From Vicinamibacterales bacterium (lineage in GTDB: Bacteria > Acidobacteriota > Vicinamibacteria > Vicinamibacterales > JAMQPK01), in contig CAVUTO010000001.1 of assembly GCA_963744405.1 (NCBI GenBank), positions 52,339 to 116,338 of the forward strand: 64,000 nucleotides of DNA, read 5' to 3'. The notes under the pieces were generated by a model. That model saw only the letters and a program-made list of their open reading frames with translations. It was not told where the DNA came from and ran no database searches. Each line of letters starts with the position of its first letter. Position 1 is the first letter of the stretch. Below, piece after piece: positions 1 to 10,200 of the stretch. A program made the translations under genes and the position numbers.

Positions 1-296
1 AGCGTGGAAAAACGCTGAAACACCCGGATCGGATCGTCGGTACTCAAGACGGTGACGGCCGAGCCAAGGAGGATCCGCTCGGTCTCGCCGGCGATGGCCG
101 CCAGCACGACCTCCGGCGCGGACACGGAGAAATCGGGCCGATGATGCTCGCCGACTCCGAACGCGTCGACGCCAACCTGCTCCGCGAGCACGCCTTCGGC
201 CACGACATTCCGCAGCGCCTGTGCTTGCGTGACAGGCCGCCCGTCGCCGTCGTACATGACATCGCCAAATGTATCCAGACCGAGCTCGATCATCAT
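1..296 (-). CDS. LLM-class (luciferase-like) flavin-dependent oxidoreductase, N-terminal ~98 codons; gene continues past the left edge
   Basis: Hand translation of the minus strand from ATG (rc of 294-296) gives MMIELGLDTFGDVMYDGDGRPVTQAQALRNVVAEGVLAEQVGVDAFGVGEHHRPDFSVSAPEVVLAAIAGETERILLGSAVTVLSTDDPIRVFQRFS, open to base 1. The GVGEHH...SAPEVVLAAIA...LGSAVTVL string is characteristic of the family. It is absent from the ORF track because no stop lies in the window. Confidence 0.8.
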   Translation of the reverse strand, partial: MMIELGLDTFGDVMYDGDGRPVTQAQALRNVVAEGVLAEQVGVDAFGVGEHHRPDFSVSAPEVVLAAIAGETERILLGSAVTVLSTDDPIRVFQRFST

Positions 297-336
297 TTCA
301 GTATGACGCACGAGGATGTAGAGTGGATTCGTTCAC

Positions 337-437
337 AAGAGTCCGGGAGGCCAAGAGTCGAGGAGTCCAGGAGTCGGAAAGAGTCCGGGAGTCGACAAAG
401 TCCGGGAGTCGACAAAGAGTCCGGGAGTCGGTGAGTC
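337..437. repeat. Degenerate 17-19-nt tandem repeat (AAAGAGTCCGGGAGTCGAC-like, about 5 units, ten GAGTC cores) in a divergent intergenic region
   Basis: Read directly: aagagtccgggaggcc / aagagtcgaggagtccaggagtcgga / aagagtccgggagtcgac / aaagtccgggagtcgac / aaagagtccgggagtcggtgagtc. It lies between the minus-strand LLM start (296) and the plus-strand NHL start (482/512). An 8-bp-stem hairpin gtcggcgc-ccgt-gcgccgac follows (442-461). Confidence 0.8.
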
Positions 438-481
438 ATGGGGTCGGCGCCCGTGCGCCGACATTGGTAATCAGGTAGATT

Positions 482-1579
482 ATGCGGACGCTACAGCCAC
501 TGAGAGGACCTATGAAAAAGCTCATCATTCTCGCTCTGTCGTTGCTGACGATCGGCGTGATTGCGCAGGCGCCTCTTCCGCAGGGTGCACCCGGGCCCAA
601 CATCCCGAAGGGCAAAGCGCCGGAACAGGGTTACGTGCCGGAAGGCTGGCCCGCGCATCCGGGATCGCTGATGAAGTACAGCGTCGAGATTCGCTTCGGC
701 GAAGAGCCGGAGACGATGCCCGAGGGGATGAAGTTCGGACGGGTGTCGGCGGTGACGACCGACAACGAAGGCAACGTGTACGTGTTCAAGCGCGACCCGA
801 AAACCGATCAGCTCGTCGTCTTCAGTCCGCAAGGAAAATATCTGCGTTCGTGGGGCAAGGGGATGTTCACACGGCCGCACGGCCTGCGCATCGATCGCGA
901 TCAGAACGTGTGGGCGCTGGACGATGCCGGGCACCAGATTTTCAAGTTCACGCGCGATGGAAAGCTGCTGCAGACCTGGGGCGTCAAGGACAAGCCGGGC
1001 AACGACGCCAAGACCTTCAACCGGCCGACCGACATCGCGTGGGACTCGCAGGGCAACGCGTACATCTCCGACGGCTACGGCAACAGGCGTGTGGTCAAGC
1101 TCGACAAGGCCGGCAACTTCGTCGCGACGTGGGGCACCGAGGGCGATGGTCCGGGCCAGTTCCGATTGCCGCACTCGATCGCGGTCGACGCAAAGGACCG
1201 CGTGTATGTGAGCGATCGCGAGAACAACCGCATTCAGATCTTCGACACCGGCGGCAAGCTGCTGAATACCTGGACACATCTCGGCTGCACGCAGGGCATG
1301 TACATCTCACCGAAGAACGAGATGTGGATCATCACGCACCGCAACAACACCGAAAACGTCACCTACGACACGCTCGCGGGACAAGTGATGAAGATCGACG
1401 TCGAGAGCGGCAAGATTCTCGGCTCGTTTGAATCTCCTGGCCACATGCTGACGGCGACGCCGAACGGCGTCGTCTTTGTCGCGAGCCTGACGGGCAACGT
1501 GTTCAAGTGGCAGCCGGATCCGTGGTGGCCGGCGCGGGCGCACGAAGCGATCGCGCGCGGGGTTCCGCCGCCTAAATAA
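482..1579 (+). CDS. Secreted NHL-repeat six-bladed beta-propeller protein
   Basis: 365-aa ORF with signal peptide MKKLIILALSLLTIGVIAQA. The more likely start is ATG 512, preceded by gagagga. NHL-type blades include NRPTDIAWDSQGNAYISDGYGNRRVVKLD and LPHSIAVDAKDRVYVSDRENNRIQIFD. Confidence 0.85.
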   Translation: MRTLQPLRGPMKKLIILALSLLTIGVIAQAPLPQGAPGPNIPKGKAPEQGYVPEGWPAHPGSLMKYSVEIRFGEEPETMPEGMKFGRVSAVTTDNEGNVYVFKRDPKTDQLVVFSPQGKYLRSWGKGMFTRPHGLRIDRDQNVWALDDAGHQIFKFTRDGKLLQTWGVKDKPGNDAKTFNRPTDIAWDSQGNAYISDGYGNRRVVKLDKAGNFVATWGTEGDGPGQFRLPHSIAVDAKDRVYVSDRENNRIQIFDTGGKLLNTWTHLGCTQGMYISPKNEMWIITHRNNTENVTYDTLAGQVMKIDVESGKILGSFESPGHMLTATPNGVVFVASLTGNVFKWQPDPWWPARAHEAIARGVPPPK

Positions 1580-1590
1580 CGCGTCTTACA

Positions 1591-1660
1591 GGAGATCAGA
1601 AGATCGGAGATGAGATCAGAAGGATTCTTGCTTCTGATCTTTTGATCTTTTGATCTTCTG
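1591..1660 (+). terminator. Nested inverted repeat of GATCAGAAG-type words with T-rich runs; probable intrinsic terminator of the NHL gene
   Basis: agatcagaag (1613-1622) pairs with cttctgatct (1631-1640), and cagaagatc (1597-1605) pairs with gatcttctg (1652-1660). tttgatcttttgatctt follows the inner stem. The element starts 12 nt after the stop at 1579. Confidence 0.5.
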
Positions 1661-1980
1661 TCGAGTCGGGCCGTGACGTTCGTAGTGCTGATAACTATCG
1701 CAGTTGTCTGGTCGCAAGAGGCGTCGACGAGCTACGCGATTACGTTTACGCGGCGTCGTATTTCTGTCATGCCTACAGCGCAGGAGCCGTACATGACCTC
1801 ACGTCCTCTGCGTTTCGCGGCGACATTCGTCAGCTTTGCGCGCCCATCAGTGGCATCGGATGAGTGCCACGCGCTCGCCGTAACTCGTGATATTCCAGCG
1901 AGTGGAGGCGGGACGACGGTAGCATCGTCGTCGAGGGAAAAACAACAGAAGTACGCAGGAAACCAGAAGGGAGATCGCAT

Positions 1981-2645
1981 ATGGCCTCGCGGCTACGAGT
2001 TGTTACAGCAGTCCTCACAGTTGCTCTCGCATCTGCGACAGGGCTGCTTCCCTCCCCTGACCGTGGTGGCACAGGACGGATGGGTGTCCGCTCTTCGACG
2101 GCAAGTCGCTCGACGGCTGGACCGTCATCGGCGGCGTTCGCTGGAGCGTCGTCGATGGCGCGATGTCGGCAGAGCCTGCATCGCAGCCGATCACGCCCAC
2201 AGGCGATTCGAAACAGACGTGGCCGCAGGGATTTCTTCGCAGCGTCGCCACGTTCAGCGACTTCGAACTGACCGCGGAGTTCTGGAGCGAAGAGGACACC
2301 AACAGCGGACTCTTCATCCGTTGCGCGGCGCCCGCGAATCCGGGCAGCCTCGGAAGCTGCTACGAAATCAACATCAGCGATCCACACGCCACTACCCCGA
2401 CGGGCGGCATCGTCGGCGTGCACTCGCCGCTGCCGTATCGCGTCAAAAGCGCCGGCAAGTGGAGCAGGTTCGACGTGCTGGCCGACGGCCCTCACCTCGT
2501 CGTAAAGGTGAACGGCGAAACGCTGACCGACGTGCGCGACGAAAAACTTCGCGAAGGCGCGATAGGCCTGCAGGCGGGCGGTCCGACTGGCTCAGGTCCG
2601 GTGAAGTTCCGAAACATCAGGATCCGCCCGCTTCGATCCAAGTAG
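1981..2645 (+). pseudogene. DUF1080 (3-keto-disaccharide hydrolase-like) secreted protein; two frameshifts as assembled
   Basis: The signal peptide MASRLRVVTAVLTVALASATG is in the frame of ATG 1981. The family N-terminus DGWVS/LFDGKSLDGW is split: ggatgggtgtcc-g-ctcttcgacggc needs one base removed near 2087-2090. A second shift lies in the C-rich run near 2045-2060. The remainder is the 160-aa ORF 2163-2645, ending VKFRNIRIRPL. Confidence 0.75.
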
Positions 2646-2664
2646 ACCAATGAAAAGTTTCCAC

Positions 2665-2744
2665 GTCTCATCGCAAAGACGCGGGGACGCAGAGTTCTCT
2701 TTAAAAGACGTTCTCTGCGCCCCTGCGTCTCGGCGGTGAAGACA
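2665..2744. repeat. REP-like palindromic element, family copy 1 (TCACCGC..GACGC..GCGCAGAG / CTCTGCGC..GCGTC..GCGGTGA)
   Basis: The left arm gtctcatcgcaaagacgcggggacgcagag and right arm ctctgcgcccctgcgtctcggcggtgaagac flank the loop ttctctttaaaagacgtt. It lies between convergent stops at 2645 (+) and 2758 (-). Confidence 0.8.
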
Positions 2745-2757
2745 CAGAAGCCCTCTC

Positions 2758-5700
2758 CTACCAGATCAGCTTCGCCGCCACCTGTACCACCCGCCCGGGT
2801 CCTGAACCGGTGATGCGTCCGAACGTGCTCGACGAGATGTTGGTCACCGGATTGTTGAAGTTCACCTCATCGAAGGCGTTGAAGAACTCACCGCGCAGTT
2901 GCATGCGCATGCCCGGCCCGAGGCTCAGATACCGCAGGATCGCCAGATCTGTGGTGGAGTCTCCCGGTCCGTAAATAAGCCCTCGTGTGGCGTTGCCGTA
3001 CGTTCCGCGCGGGATGCTGTTCAACGGCACGAACGCCGACGTATTGAAGTACATCGCGAGCATGTCTTCCGTGCTGGAATGATCCCGTCGCAGGTCGTCC
3101 GCTGTCGCTCCAGGCACGAGTGCGGGGTACTGTCCCGCTGCATTCAGCACGCCGTTCTGCGCGACGTCGACGCCCGTCGTGAATACCAACGGCGTGCCCG
3201 ATTGGATGCGATGGAAGCCTGTCAGCGTCCATCCGTTCAGCAACACATCCGAGATGGCATTCGAGTAATCGTGCTGCGGAATCCACACCCACGACGCAGC
3301 CACGACGTGCCGGCGGTCGAGGAACGACGGTCCCCACAGCGAGTCGAGGTCGAACGGATTCGGAATATTGCTGATCAGACCGGTCGTGTTCTCGGGCTGG
3401 TTCGTCGTGTTCTTGGACAATGCGTACGACGCCGAGAACGAGAAGCTGCGAGCCATGCGGCGTTCGACTCTCAACTGCATGCTGTGATATTCGCTTCCGA
3501 AGAAATTGCCGAGCACTCTCGAAGCCGTGCTGATGATGCCCGGGCTGGCCGGCACCCGCTCCTCGACGTTCTGCAGCGACGGCGGCAGCCCTGTGAGCGG
3601 AGAATTGATGTACGGCGCGGCGTTGAAGAAATTGTGGCCGACCAGTTTTTCGCCGACCTTGCCGATGTACGAGCCTTCGACGACGAAGTTCGGCGTGAGC
3701 TGGCGCTGCAGCGATGCGCTCACGTGATGCGTGTAGGTGGTCCTCAGGTTCTGGTCCGTGTAGACGGTTCGAATCGGTATTGGATACTGCGCGCACTGCA
3801 GGCCCGGGTATCCCGGAGCGGCGGAGCATCCGAACCGGCCGGGCGATTCCGGCGGCGGTTCGGTTTGCCCGAGCGAGCCGAACGGATCTTCGATGCGTCC
3901 CTGACGCAGCTGTGTGGTCCCTCGCCACGGCGCTTCTGCAGCGTGCGTGGTCTCACCGTTAATCTGCTGGTAGAAGATGCCGTACCCTCCGCGGACGACG
4001 GTCTTTGCGTTCCCGGTCACATCCCAGGCAACGCCCAGGCGCGGCGCAAAGTTATTGAGGTCGCTGTTGGTCAGCCGTGACGGCACCTCCGGATCGCCTG
4101 GGAACAGGATCCCCTTCGGCGCATCAGGCACGACCGTGGACTGCACGCCCGGCACCCATGTGGTGTGACGGCCGCCCTTCTGATCGAACGGGATGAACGG
4201 CTCGTACCGCAGGCCGTAGTTCACCGTGAGCCTCGGATGAATCTTGTACGAGTCTTCGATGAATGCCTGGTGCTTCACCGTCGAAGGACTGTGATCGGCA
4301 ATCCCGAACTCGATCGTGGACAGCTCGAACGCCCCAATCATGAAGTCGGCGATGGCGTTTCCCGTCCGGGTCCCCTGGAAGTTGGCGTTGCGGTTGAGCG
4401 CCAGGTTGAACTCGAAAACCGGCCTGATGAACTCGTATCCCCATTTCAACGTGTGATTGCCCACGTTGAACGTCATCGTGTCCTTCAGCTGGTAGCTGTA
4501 ATAGTCCTGCGAGTTGACGCCCGGGTAGTTGAGCAGGTTGATCGATCCCGACACCGAGTAGCTCATCCCTCGCCCGTCGTTGCCGACATCGACGTTCACA
4601 CCCTGATCTCGCGGAGCGATGTGAGTGACGGCGCCGCCACCGGATTTCGACGTCAGGTACGAGAACGTGACTTCGTTGACGAGCCTCGGACTGAACACGT
4701 GCACATCGTTGACGCCGAACTGATTCACGTCGCTGAACACCTGCTGCTGTACGTAGTTGAGGTTTCCGGGCCAGGACGTACTGTCGCTTCGATCGGCGAA
4801 GAAGTGGGCATTCAGCTGATTGCTGCTCGAAAAGTGATAGTCTCCGCGGCCGATGTAAACCGCGTGGTCGCGCGGAGCGGGCGTCAACGTGACGATGGTG
4901 CCGCTGTCGGACGCTGGTACATACGCATCCAGCAATCCTCTCGCCACCGGGCTGATGCAGCCGGCCCTGATGATGTTGCCCGCCACACATGGAGCGCCCG
5001 AGCTGTCGGTAAAGGGCGCGCGCGTAATTGGATTGATCGGATTCGTCAACGTGGTGCTGAGCGCCGTAAAGTTGCCGGTACGCTGTGCGTTGGTCGGCAC
5101 GGTCGTCTGACTCGACCCGGCCTCGGACCGGTCCCAGAGCCGCTGGTACGAGCCGAACCAGAACAGCTTGTTCGTGATGACGGCGCCGCCGGCGCTGGCG
5201 CCGGCCTGGTTTTGCTTCTGTTCCGCCTTTCGCGACCCTTGAAGCTTCAGGAAGTAACTTTTCGTATTCAGCGCAGAGTTGCGATGAAACTCCCACGCCG
5301 TACCGTGGAAGGTGTTCGAACCCGCCTTTGTGACGATGCTGACCTGGCCCCCGGCGGTGTGGCCATATTCGGCCGAGAAATTGTGCGTCTGGATCCGAAT
5401 TTCCTGAATGGCGTCGGGCGGCGGAGGATTGAAGCCCGTCGTCTGGTTGAAATGGGTGAAGACGGAACCGTTCAGCGTGAACAAGTTGTGGTTCGTGTTT
5501 CCGCCGTTCACCGACATGATGGGGCCCTGGCGGCCGTCCGACGTGTCTTGATTCGCGCGTATCGACGTGACGCCGGCGTACGTGCCCGCGAGCGCGACGA
5601 CGTTGCGGCCGTTCATCGGCAGGTCCTGAACCCGCTGGTCATCGATCAGATTCGACTGCGTCGCCGTGCGCGATTCCACCATCGTCGACTGCCCCGATAC

Positions 5701-6057
5701 GATGACCTCTTCGGTGACGCCGCCTACTGCCAGCGCAAAGTCCAGGCGCACGTTGGCGCCGGCCGTCACCTCGACATTCCGTTGAACCTGCGTCTGAAAT
5801 CCTGAGATCTCGACCTTCACCACATACGTGCCGCGCGGGAGAGCCTGCAAGTCGAAGAATCCGGTCTCATTGGATTGCGTCGTGCGCACCAATTGCTGTC
5901 CAGTCAGCTCGGCAGTAACGGTGGCACCGGGCACCATGCCCGCACCCTGGTCCTGCACGTATCCGCTGATGGTGCCGGTGACTTGCGCGTGTGATGAGGG
6001 CGGAAGGAGGAAAAACAACGACACGGTCGCGAGAGCGGACACAAAGATGCGGGGCAT
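2758..6057 (-). CDS. TonB-dependent outer-membrane receptor with N-terminal carboxypeptidase-regulatory-like domain
   Basis: Intact 1099-aa ORF with signal peptide MPRIFVSALATVSLFFLLPPSSHA. It has the CarboxypepD_reg string QVTGTISGYVQDQGAGMVPGATVTAE...GTYVVKVEISGF and a plug-like DLPMNGRNV. A long beta-barrel region ends in the aromatic terminus AAKLIW. Confidence 0.9.
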   Translation of the reverse strand: MPRIFVSALATVSLFFLLPPSSHAQVTGTISGYVQDQGAGMVPGATVTAELTGQQLVRTTQSNETGFFDLQALPRGTYVVKVEISGFQTQVQRNVEVTAGANVRLDFALAVGGVTEEVIVSGQSTMVESRTATQSNLIDDQRVQDLPMNGRNVVALAGTYAGVTSIRANQDTSDGRQGPIMSVNGGNTNHNLFTLNGSVFTHFNQTTGFNPPPPDAIQEIRIQTHNFSAEYGHTAGGQVSIVTKAGSNTFHGTAWEFHRNSALNTKSYFLKLQGSRKAEQKQNQAGASAGGAVITNKLFWFGSYQRLWDRSEAGSSQTTVPTNAQRTGNFTALSTTLTNPINPITRAPFTDSSGAPCVAGNIIRAGCISPVARGLLDAYVPASDSGTIVTLTPAPRDHAVYIGRGDYHFSSSNQLNAHFFADRSDSTSWPGNLNYVQQQVFSDVNQFGVNDVHVFSPRLVNEVTFSYLTSKSGGGAVTHIAPRDQGVNVDVGNDGRGMSYSVSGSINLLNYPGVNSQDYYSYQLKDTMTFNVGNHTLKWGYEFIRPVFEFNLALNRNANFQGTRTGNAIADFMIGAFELSTIEFGIADHSPSTVKHQAFIEDSYKIHPRLTVNYGLRYEPFIPFDQKGGRHTTWVPGVQSTVVPDAPKGILFPGDPEVPSRLTNSDLNNFAPRLGVAWDVTGNAKTVVRGGYGIFYQQINGETTHAAEAPWRGTTQLRQGRIEDPFGSLGQTEPPPESPGRFGCSAAPGYPGLQCAQYPIPIRTVYTDQNLRTTYTHHVSASLQRQLTPNFVVEGSYIGKVGEKLVGHNFFNAAPYINSPLTGLPPSLQNVEERVPASPGIISTASRVLGNFFGSEYHSMQLRVERRMARSFSFSASYALSKNTTNQPENTTGLISNIPNPFDLDSLWGPSFLDRRHVVAASWVWIPQHDYSNAISDVLLNGWTLTGFHRIQSGTPLVFTTGVDVAQNGVLNAAGQYPALVPGATADDLRRDHSSTEDMLAMYFNTSAFVPLNSIPRGTYGNATRGLIYGPGDSTTDLAILRYLSLGPGMRMQLRGEFFNAFDEVNFNNPVTNISSSTFGRITGSGPGRVVQVAAKLIW

Positions 6058-6187
6058 ATGTGTATCCTTTCTGTCTGTGACTCTGTGACGCGGAAGCCTT
6101 GAGCGTAAACGAATCGCGAACGGCGGGCAACCGCCTTCGCCAAGGCTACGGCGGTCAAGAGGCGGACATGACGCACGGAGGACGACA

Positions 6188-7177
6188 ATGAGGCGAAAGC
6201 TCGCTCTGGTTTTGGCGATAGGGCTGCCGGCGGCCGCTGTTGTGTCACTAATCGCACAATCTGCGCCTCAGCCGGGTGTTCAAGCGGTCTCCCGCGCACA
6301 GTTCGAGCGCTGGAAGACGGAGCTGTCGAACTGGGGGCGGTGGGGGAAGGACGATCAACTGGGCGCGCTCAATCTGATTACGCCCGCGAAGCGGCGGCAG
6401 GCCGCGGCTCTCGTACGGGAGGGGTTCTCCGTTTCACTCTCGCGCGACGCCGATCGGCAGAAAGCGATCGACAACCCGGATCCGTTCGAACACAGCATGA
6501 TCGCCATCGGCGCCGATCGAATGGGCGTCATCCCGCACGGCGTAGCGCACACGCACCTCGATTCACTCGCGCACATTCACTACGACGGCGTTTTCTACAA
6601 CGGCTATAAACCAGACGCGGACAGCGTACTGAAGAAAGGCCATGCGAGAAATTCGATTATCAACCTCAAGAACGGGATCTTCACGAGAGGCATCCTCGTC
6701 GATCTCCCCCGCCTGAAAGGCGTGCCGTATCTGGAACCTGGCACCCCGATTTACGCGCAGGATATCGAAGCGTGGGAGAAGATTGCCGGCGTCAAGGTCT
6801 CGCCCGGCGATGCGCTCTTCATCCGCACCGGGCGCTGGGCGCGCCGCGCGGCCGTCGGCCCATTCGATACGAACCGCACCGCGAAGCGATCGGGACCGAG
6901 CGCGTCGATGATTCCGTGGTTGAGGCAGCGCGACGTCGCGCTTCTAGGCGGCGATGTCCCGCCGAGCGTTGCGCCATCGGATCTCGAGGGAGAAACCGGC
7001 GCGGTCCACGACTTCGCGCTCGTCTACCTGGGTGTCTACGTCTTCGACAACGTCGATTTGGAGGCCCTGGCGGAAGCTGCGCAGGCACGCAAGCGATGGG
7101 ACTTCCTGCTGACAGTGGCTCCGCTCGCCATCCCCGGCGCCACCGGCTCGCCGGTGAATCCGATTGCGACGTTCTAG
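6188..7177 (+). CDS. Cyclase-family (kynurenine formamidase-like) exported hydrolase
   Basis: 329-aa ORF with signal peptide MRRKLALVLAIGLPAAAVVSLIAQS. It carries the family strings WGKDDQLGALNLITP and the His cluster GVAHTHLDSLAHIHYDG. Confidence 0.8.
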   Translation: MRRKLALVLAIGLPAAAVVSLIAQSAPQPGVQAVSRAQFERWKTELSNWGRWGKDDQLGALNLITPAKRRQAAALVREGFSVSLSRDADRQKAIDNPDPFEHSMIAIGADRMGVIPHGVAHTHLDSLAHIHYDGVFYNGYKPDADSVLKKGHARNSIINLKNGIFTRGILVDLPRLKGVPYLEPGTPIYAQDIEAWEKIAGVKVSPGDALFIRTGRWARRAAVGPFDTNRTAKRSGPSASMIPWLRQRDVALLGGDVPPSVAPSDLEGETGAVHDFALVYLGVYVFDNVDLEALAEAAQARKRWDFLLTVAPLAIPGATGSPVNPIATF

Positions 7178-7180
7178 TCA

Positions 7181-7256
7181 TCTCACCGCAGGAGACGCGA
7201 AGACGCAAAGCTCTTTTGTTAAGAAGTCTCTGCGCCATTGCGCCTCCGCGGTGAGA
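7181..7256. repeat. REP-like palindromic element, family copy 2
   Basis: tctcaccgcaggagacgcgaagacgcaaagctc ... gtctctgcgccattgcgcctccgcggtgaga. It lies between convergent stops at 7177 (+) and 7265 (-). Confidence 0.8.
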
Positions 7257-7264
7257 CAAGGCCG

Positions 7265-10200
7265 TCAGAACTCGAATCGCAGTCCGATCTGCATCTGCCG
7301 CGGCGAGTTGCTCTGTGTCGTCACCCGTCCGAAGTTCTGGCTCGTGATCGTCGAATCCGGGTTACCCCATCTCGTGCGATTGAGCAGGTTGAACACTTCG
7401 AACCGGAACTCGAGGCTCGTCGTCCGCATGTCGAACGTGCGCGCGATCGAGATGTTCTCGGTGAGGAACCACGGGCTGCGTTCGTTCGGGTTGCGAATCG
7501 TCGCGTTGCCGAACTCCGCCGTCAGCACGCCGGCTTTGTATCCCTGGAGCTGCGCGACGGTGTCGACCGGGGTTCGATTGAACAGCGCGGGATCCCACCA
7601 GAGATCGACGAGCGGATCGAAGTCGTCTCCGCGGGTGGCCGCGCGCCAGCCGGTCTCATCCAGCACGGTCAACCGGTTGTCGCCGGCGTTGAGCGGGAGA
7701 CCGTACCCGGGCCCCACAGACAACGCGAAACCCGAGGCATACGAGTGGACGCCGGAGATTCGCCAGCCGCCCGCAATCTTTGACATCACTCCGTCCTGCA
7801 CGAACGGCTTGCCGGGACCAAATGGCAGCTCGTAGCTGTAGTTGAGTTTGATCGAGTGCGGCTGATCAAACGCCGACAGGCCATAGTCGAGCTCCCGGTT
7901 GTAATGATTCATGGCCCGGCCGTCGCCGGCGTTCGCGCGGTCGGAGCGCAGCGTCATCGATTTCGACCACACGTAGGACGTCATGAACGTGAGACCGCCC
8001 TCGTAACGTTTCTCTCCGCGAAGAACGAACGCGTGATAGCTCGAGCGGCCGCTGCGGTCGCCACCATCGGCGCCCGTATTGATGTCGAGGTACTGCGGGT
8101 AAGGACGTAATGCCTGCCGCACCTGCTGCGCGGGAGAGAATTGAGGATACGGGTACGGGATTCCGGCCTGGCGCGCGATCGTCGAATCCATGCGCGAGTT
8201 CATGAGGTTGATCGCGCCCGCCGGCCCGTACTGCCGGACGAACCCGTTGAAGATTTCGGGATCGACCTGATTCAGGCTCAGCAGATTCGCGGTGAGATGC
8301 CGGCCGATCTGCGCGTTGTAGCCGACGTCGACCATGAATCGGCCCGGCAACTGCCGCTGGACGTTCATTGTCCACGAGCGGTACTCCGGAAGACGGCCCG
8401 CGTCTTCGGGTTGCCAGTAGGGGATGTTGTTGTTGTTCAGGGTTTCGGGAACAAGAAACGGCGGCTGCGGCCACGCGGGCCAGCCGCTATCCCAGTTGAA
8501 CGCAGAGCTTGCCGGAAAGGCCGGCGTGGTCACGTTGTACCCGCCGATGAAGCCGTTCCAGTGCGAGCTGCCGCCCGTGTTCTTGACCGATCCAAACGTG
8601 CGCGCGGCGCTGAAACGAGCGACCGTGTTGGGATCCACGCTGTACACAACACCCACTCGTGGGCTGAGACCCCACGGCCATGCCTCGTACATGGTGTTCT
8701 TTCCGGTCCTCCCCGGCCCTTCGCCAGCGAATTCAGACGCGCCGAGCCGCCCGCCTGCGGCAGGGTTCGGCAGGTTCGGATTGAAGTTGGAATATCCGTT
8801 CGGGTAATACCCCTCCCACGTAGGCGGCGTGTACTCGTACCGCACTCCGTAATTGACGGTGAACTTGTCGTTCACGCGCCAGTCGTCCTGCGCGTAGCCC
8901 GAGTAGTAGCGCCAGCGATCCGACACGTATCGATTCGTGGTGATGTCGGAAGACTGCACTTCGCCCAGCAGGAACGAGGCGAACGCGTTTCCTGTCGCGC
9001 CCGTGCCGTCGAGCGTGCCGTTGGGCAGGAACCCGGAAGTCGCGCCGCGATTGAAGTTGTATGTGCCCGCCGCCGTGTGCCATCCGTATCCGTCGTAGTG
9101 GTCCTGTTGCACGATGAAGCCGAACTTCCACGTGTGTTTAGCTTTCACCCAGGTGAGGTCGTCGGTCACTGCCCACAAATAGTTGCCCGACCCTCCCCAC
9201 TCTGATCGTCCCCAGTCTTCATACTCGTGCGAAAAATCAACCAGCGGGAAGAGCAGTTCGGAACTCGGCACGTTCTTGAGGCCGATCTTCGTTCCCCAAC
9301 CCTGGTCGCGATTGTACGAAGCGCGGAGCTGCCACCAGTTGTTGTGCCCGAACGTCACGCGGTTGAGGAGCGTCGGGCTGATCACGCGATCCCAATTCGC
9401 TCGATACACGTAGGTGTGCGAGTCCTCGTCGCGGAAGTTGTTCAGCGGCACGGGGAACCCGCCCGAGGGACCACCGCTTGGCGGAATCACGAGCGTTTCG
9501 CCCCAATGGAACAGAAACCCGAGCCGATCGTTCATCGTGAGGTTGTGATCGAGCTTGACGCTGAACTTGTTCCACGGGTTCGTGGCGATGGCGTCACCCG
9601 GCGTGAAGACGAAATTATTACGCACGCCCGGCAGGTCCGGCCGCATCGTGGCCAGGTTCAGCACCTCGCGCGAAATTTGGCTGAACCGGTTCGGCGGGAT
9701 GATGTTTCCCGGAAAAGCATCGCGGACAAATCCCGTCCCGTTCGGGTTCACACGAGTAGTCGCCGGGTCGTAAATGGGAATGAGGTTGCCGTTCGCGTCG
9801 CGCCACTGAGAGAAGTCGCCGCCGTGCATGGCTGCCGTCGGGATGGTGATGGTCCTCGGCGCCGCGGAAGTTTTATTTCGATAGGCCTCGTAGGACGCGA
9901 AGAAAAACGTCTTGTTGCGACCGTTATAGAGTCCCGGCACCATCACCGGGCCGCCGAACACTCCACCGAAGTCATGTTGCTCGAGCGGGGGCTTCGGGCC
10001 GGTTGAGCGCCTTGCTGAAGTAGTCGATCGAATCCAGCGAGTCGTGCCGGAAGAACTCGAACACTTTGCCCTGCCAGGTGTTCGTGCCCGACCGCGACAC
10101 GAAGCTCACACCCCCACCTCCTGCGTGGCCGAACTCCGCCTTGAACCCGTTCGTGTCGACGGCGAACTCCGTGATGGCTTCGACCGACGGAGAATTGAGC

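Noticed and set aside
1673-2653. 326-aa ORF as the DUF1080 gene model. Likewise 16583-17629 (348 aa) and 56371-57774 (467 aa) as full-length models.
   Set aside because: Only parts of these ORFs carry family text. Their 5' portions are out-of-frame read-through of upstream sequence. Signal peptides, RBS positions and ATGA coupling point to starts at 1981 (with frameshifts), 17143 and 57246.
4165-5805. Long antisense or alternative-frame ORFs. Examples are 4165-5805 (546 aa), 62192-63721 (509 aa), 12375-13556 (393 aa), 19141-20520 (459 aa), 29203-30351 (382 aa) and the 5' 790 codons of 32622-35477.
   Set aside because: These are typical high-GC shadow ORFs. They have Arg/Ala/Gly/Pro-rich low-complexity translations opposite or overlapping genes with clear family signatures.
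9987-9991. Programmed ribosomal frameshifting or recoding at the many frame breaks
   Set aside because: There is no shared slippery heptamer or downstream structure. The breaks fall in unrelated genes and often in short homopolymers, and there can be up to a dozen in one gene. Indel error (or decay) is far more parsimonious.
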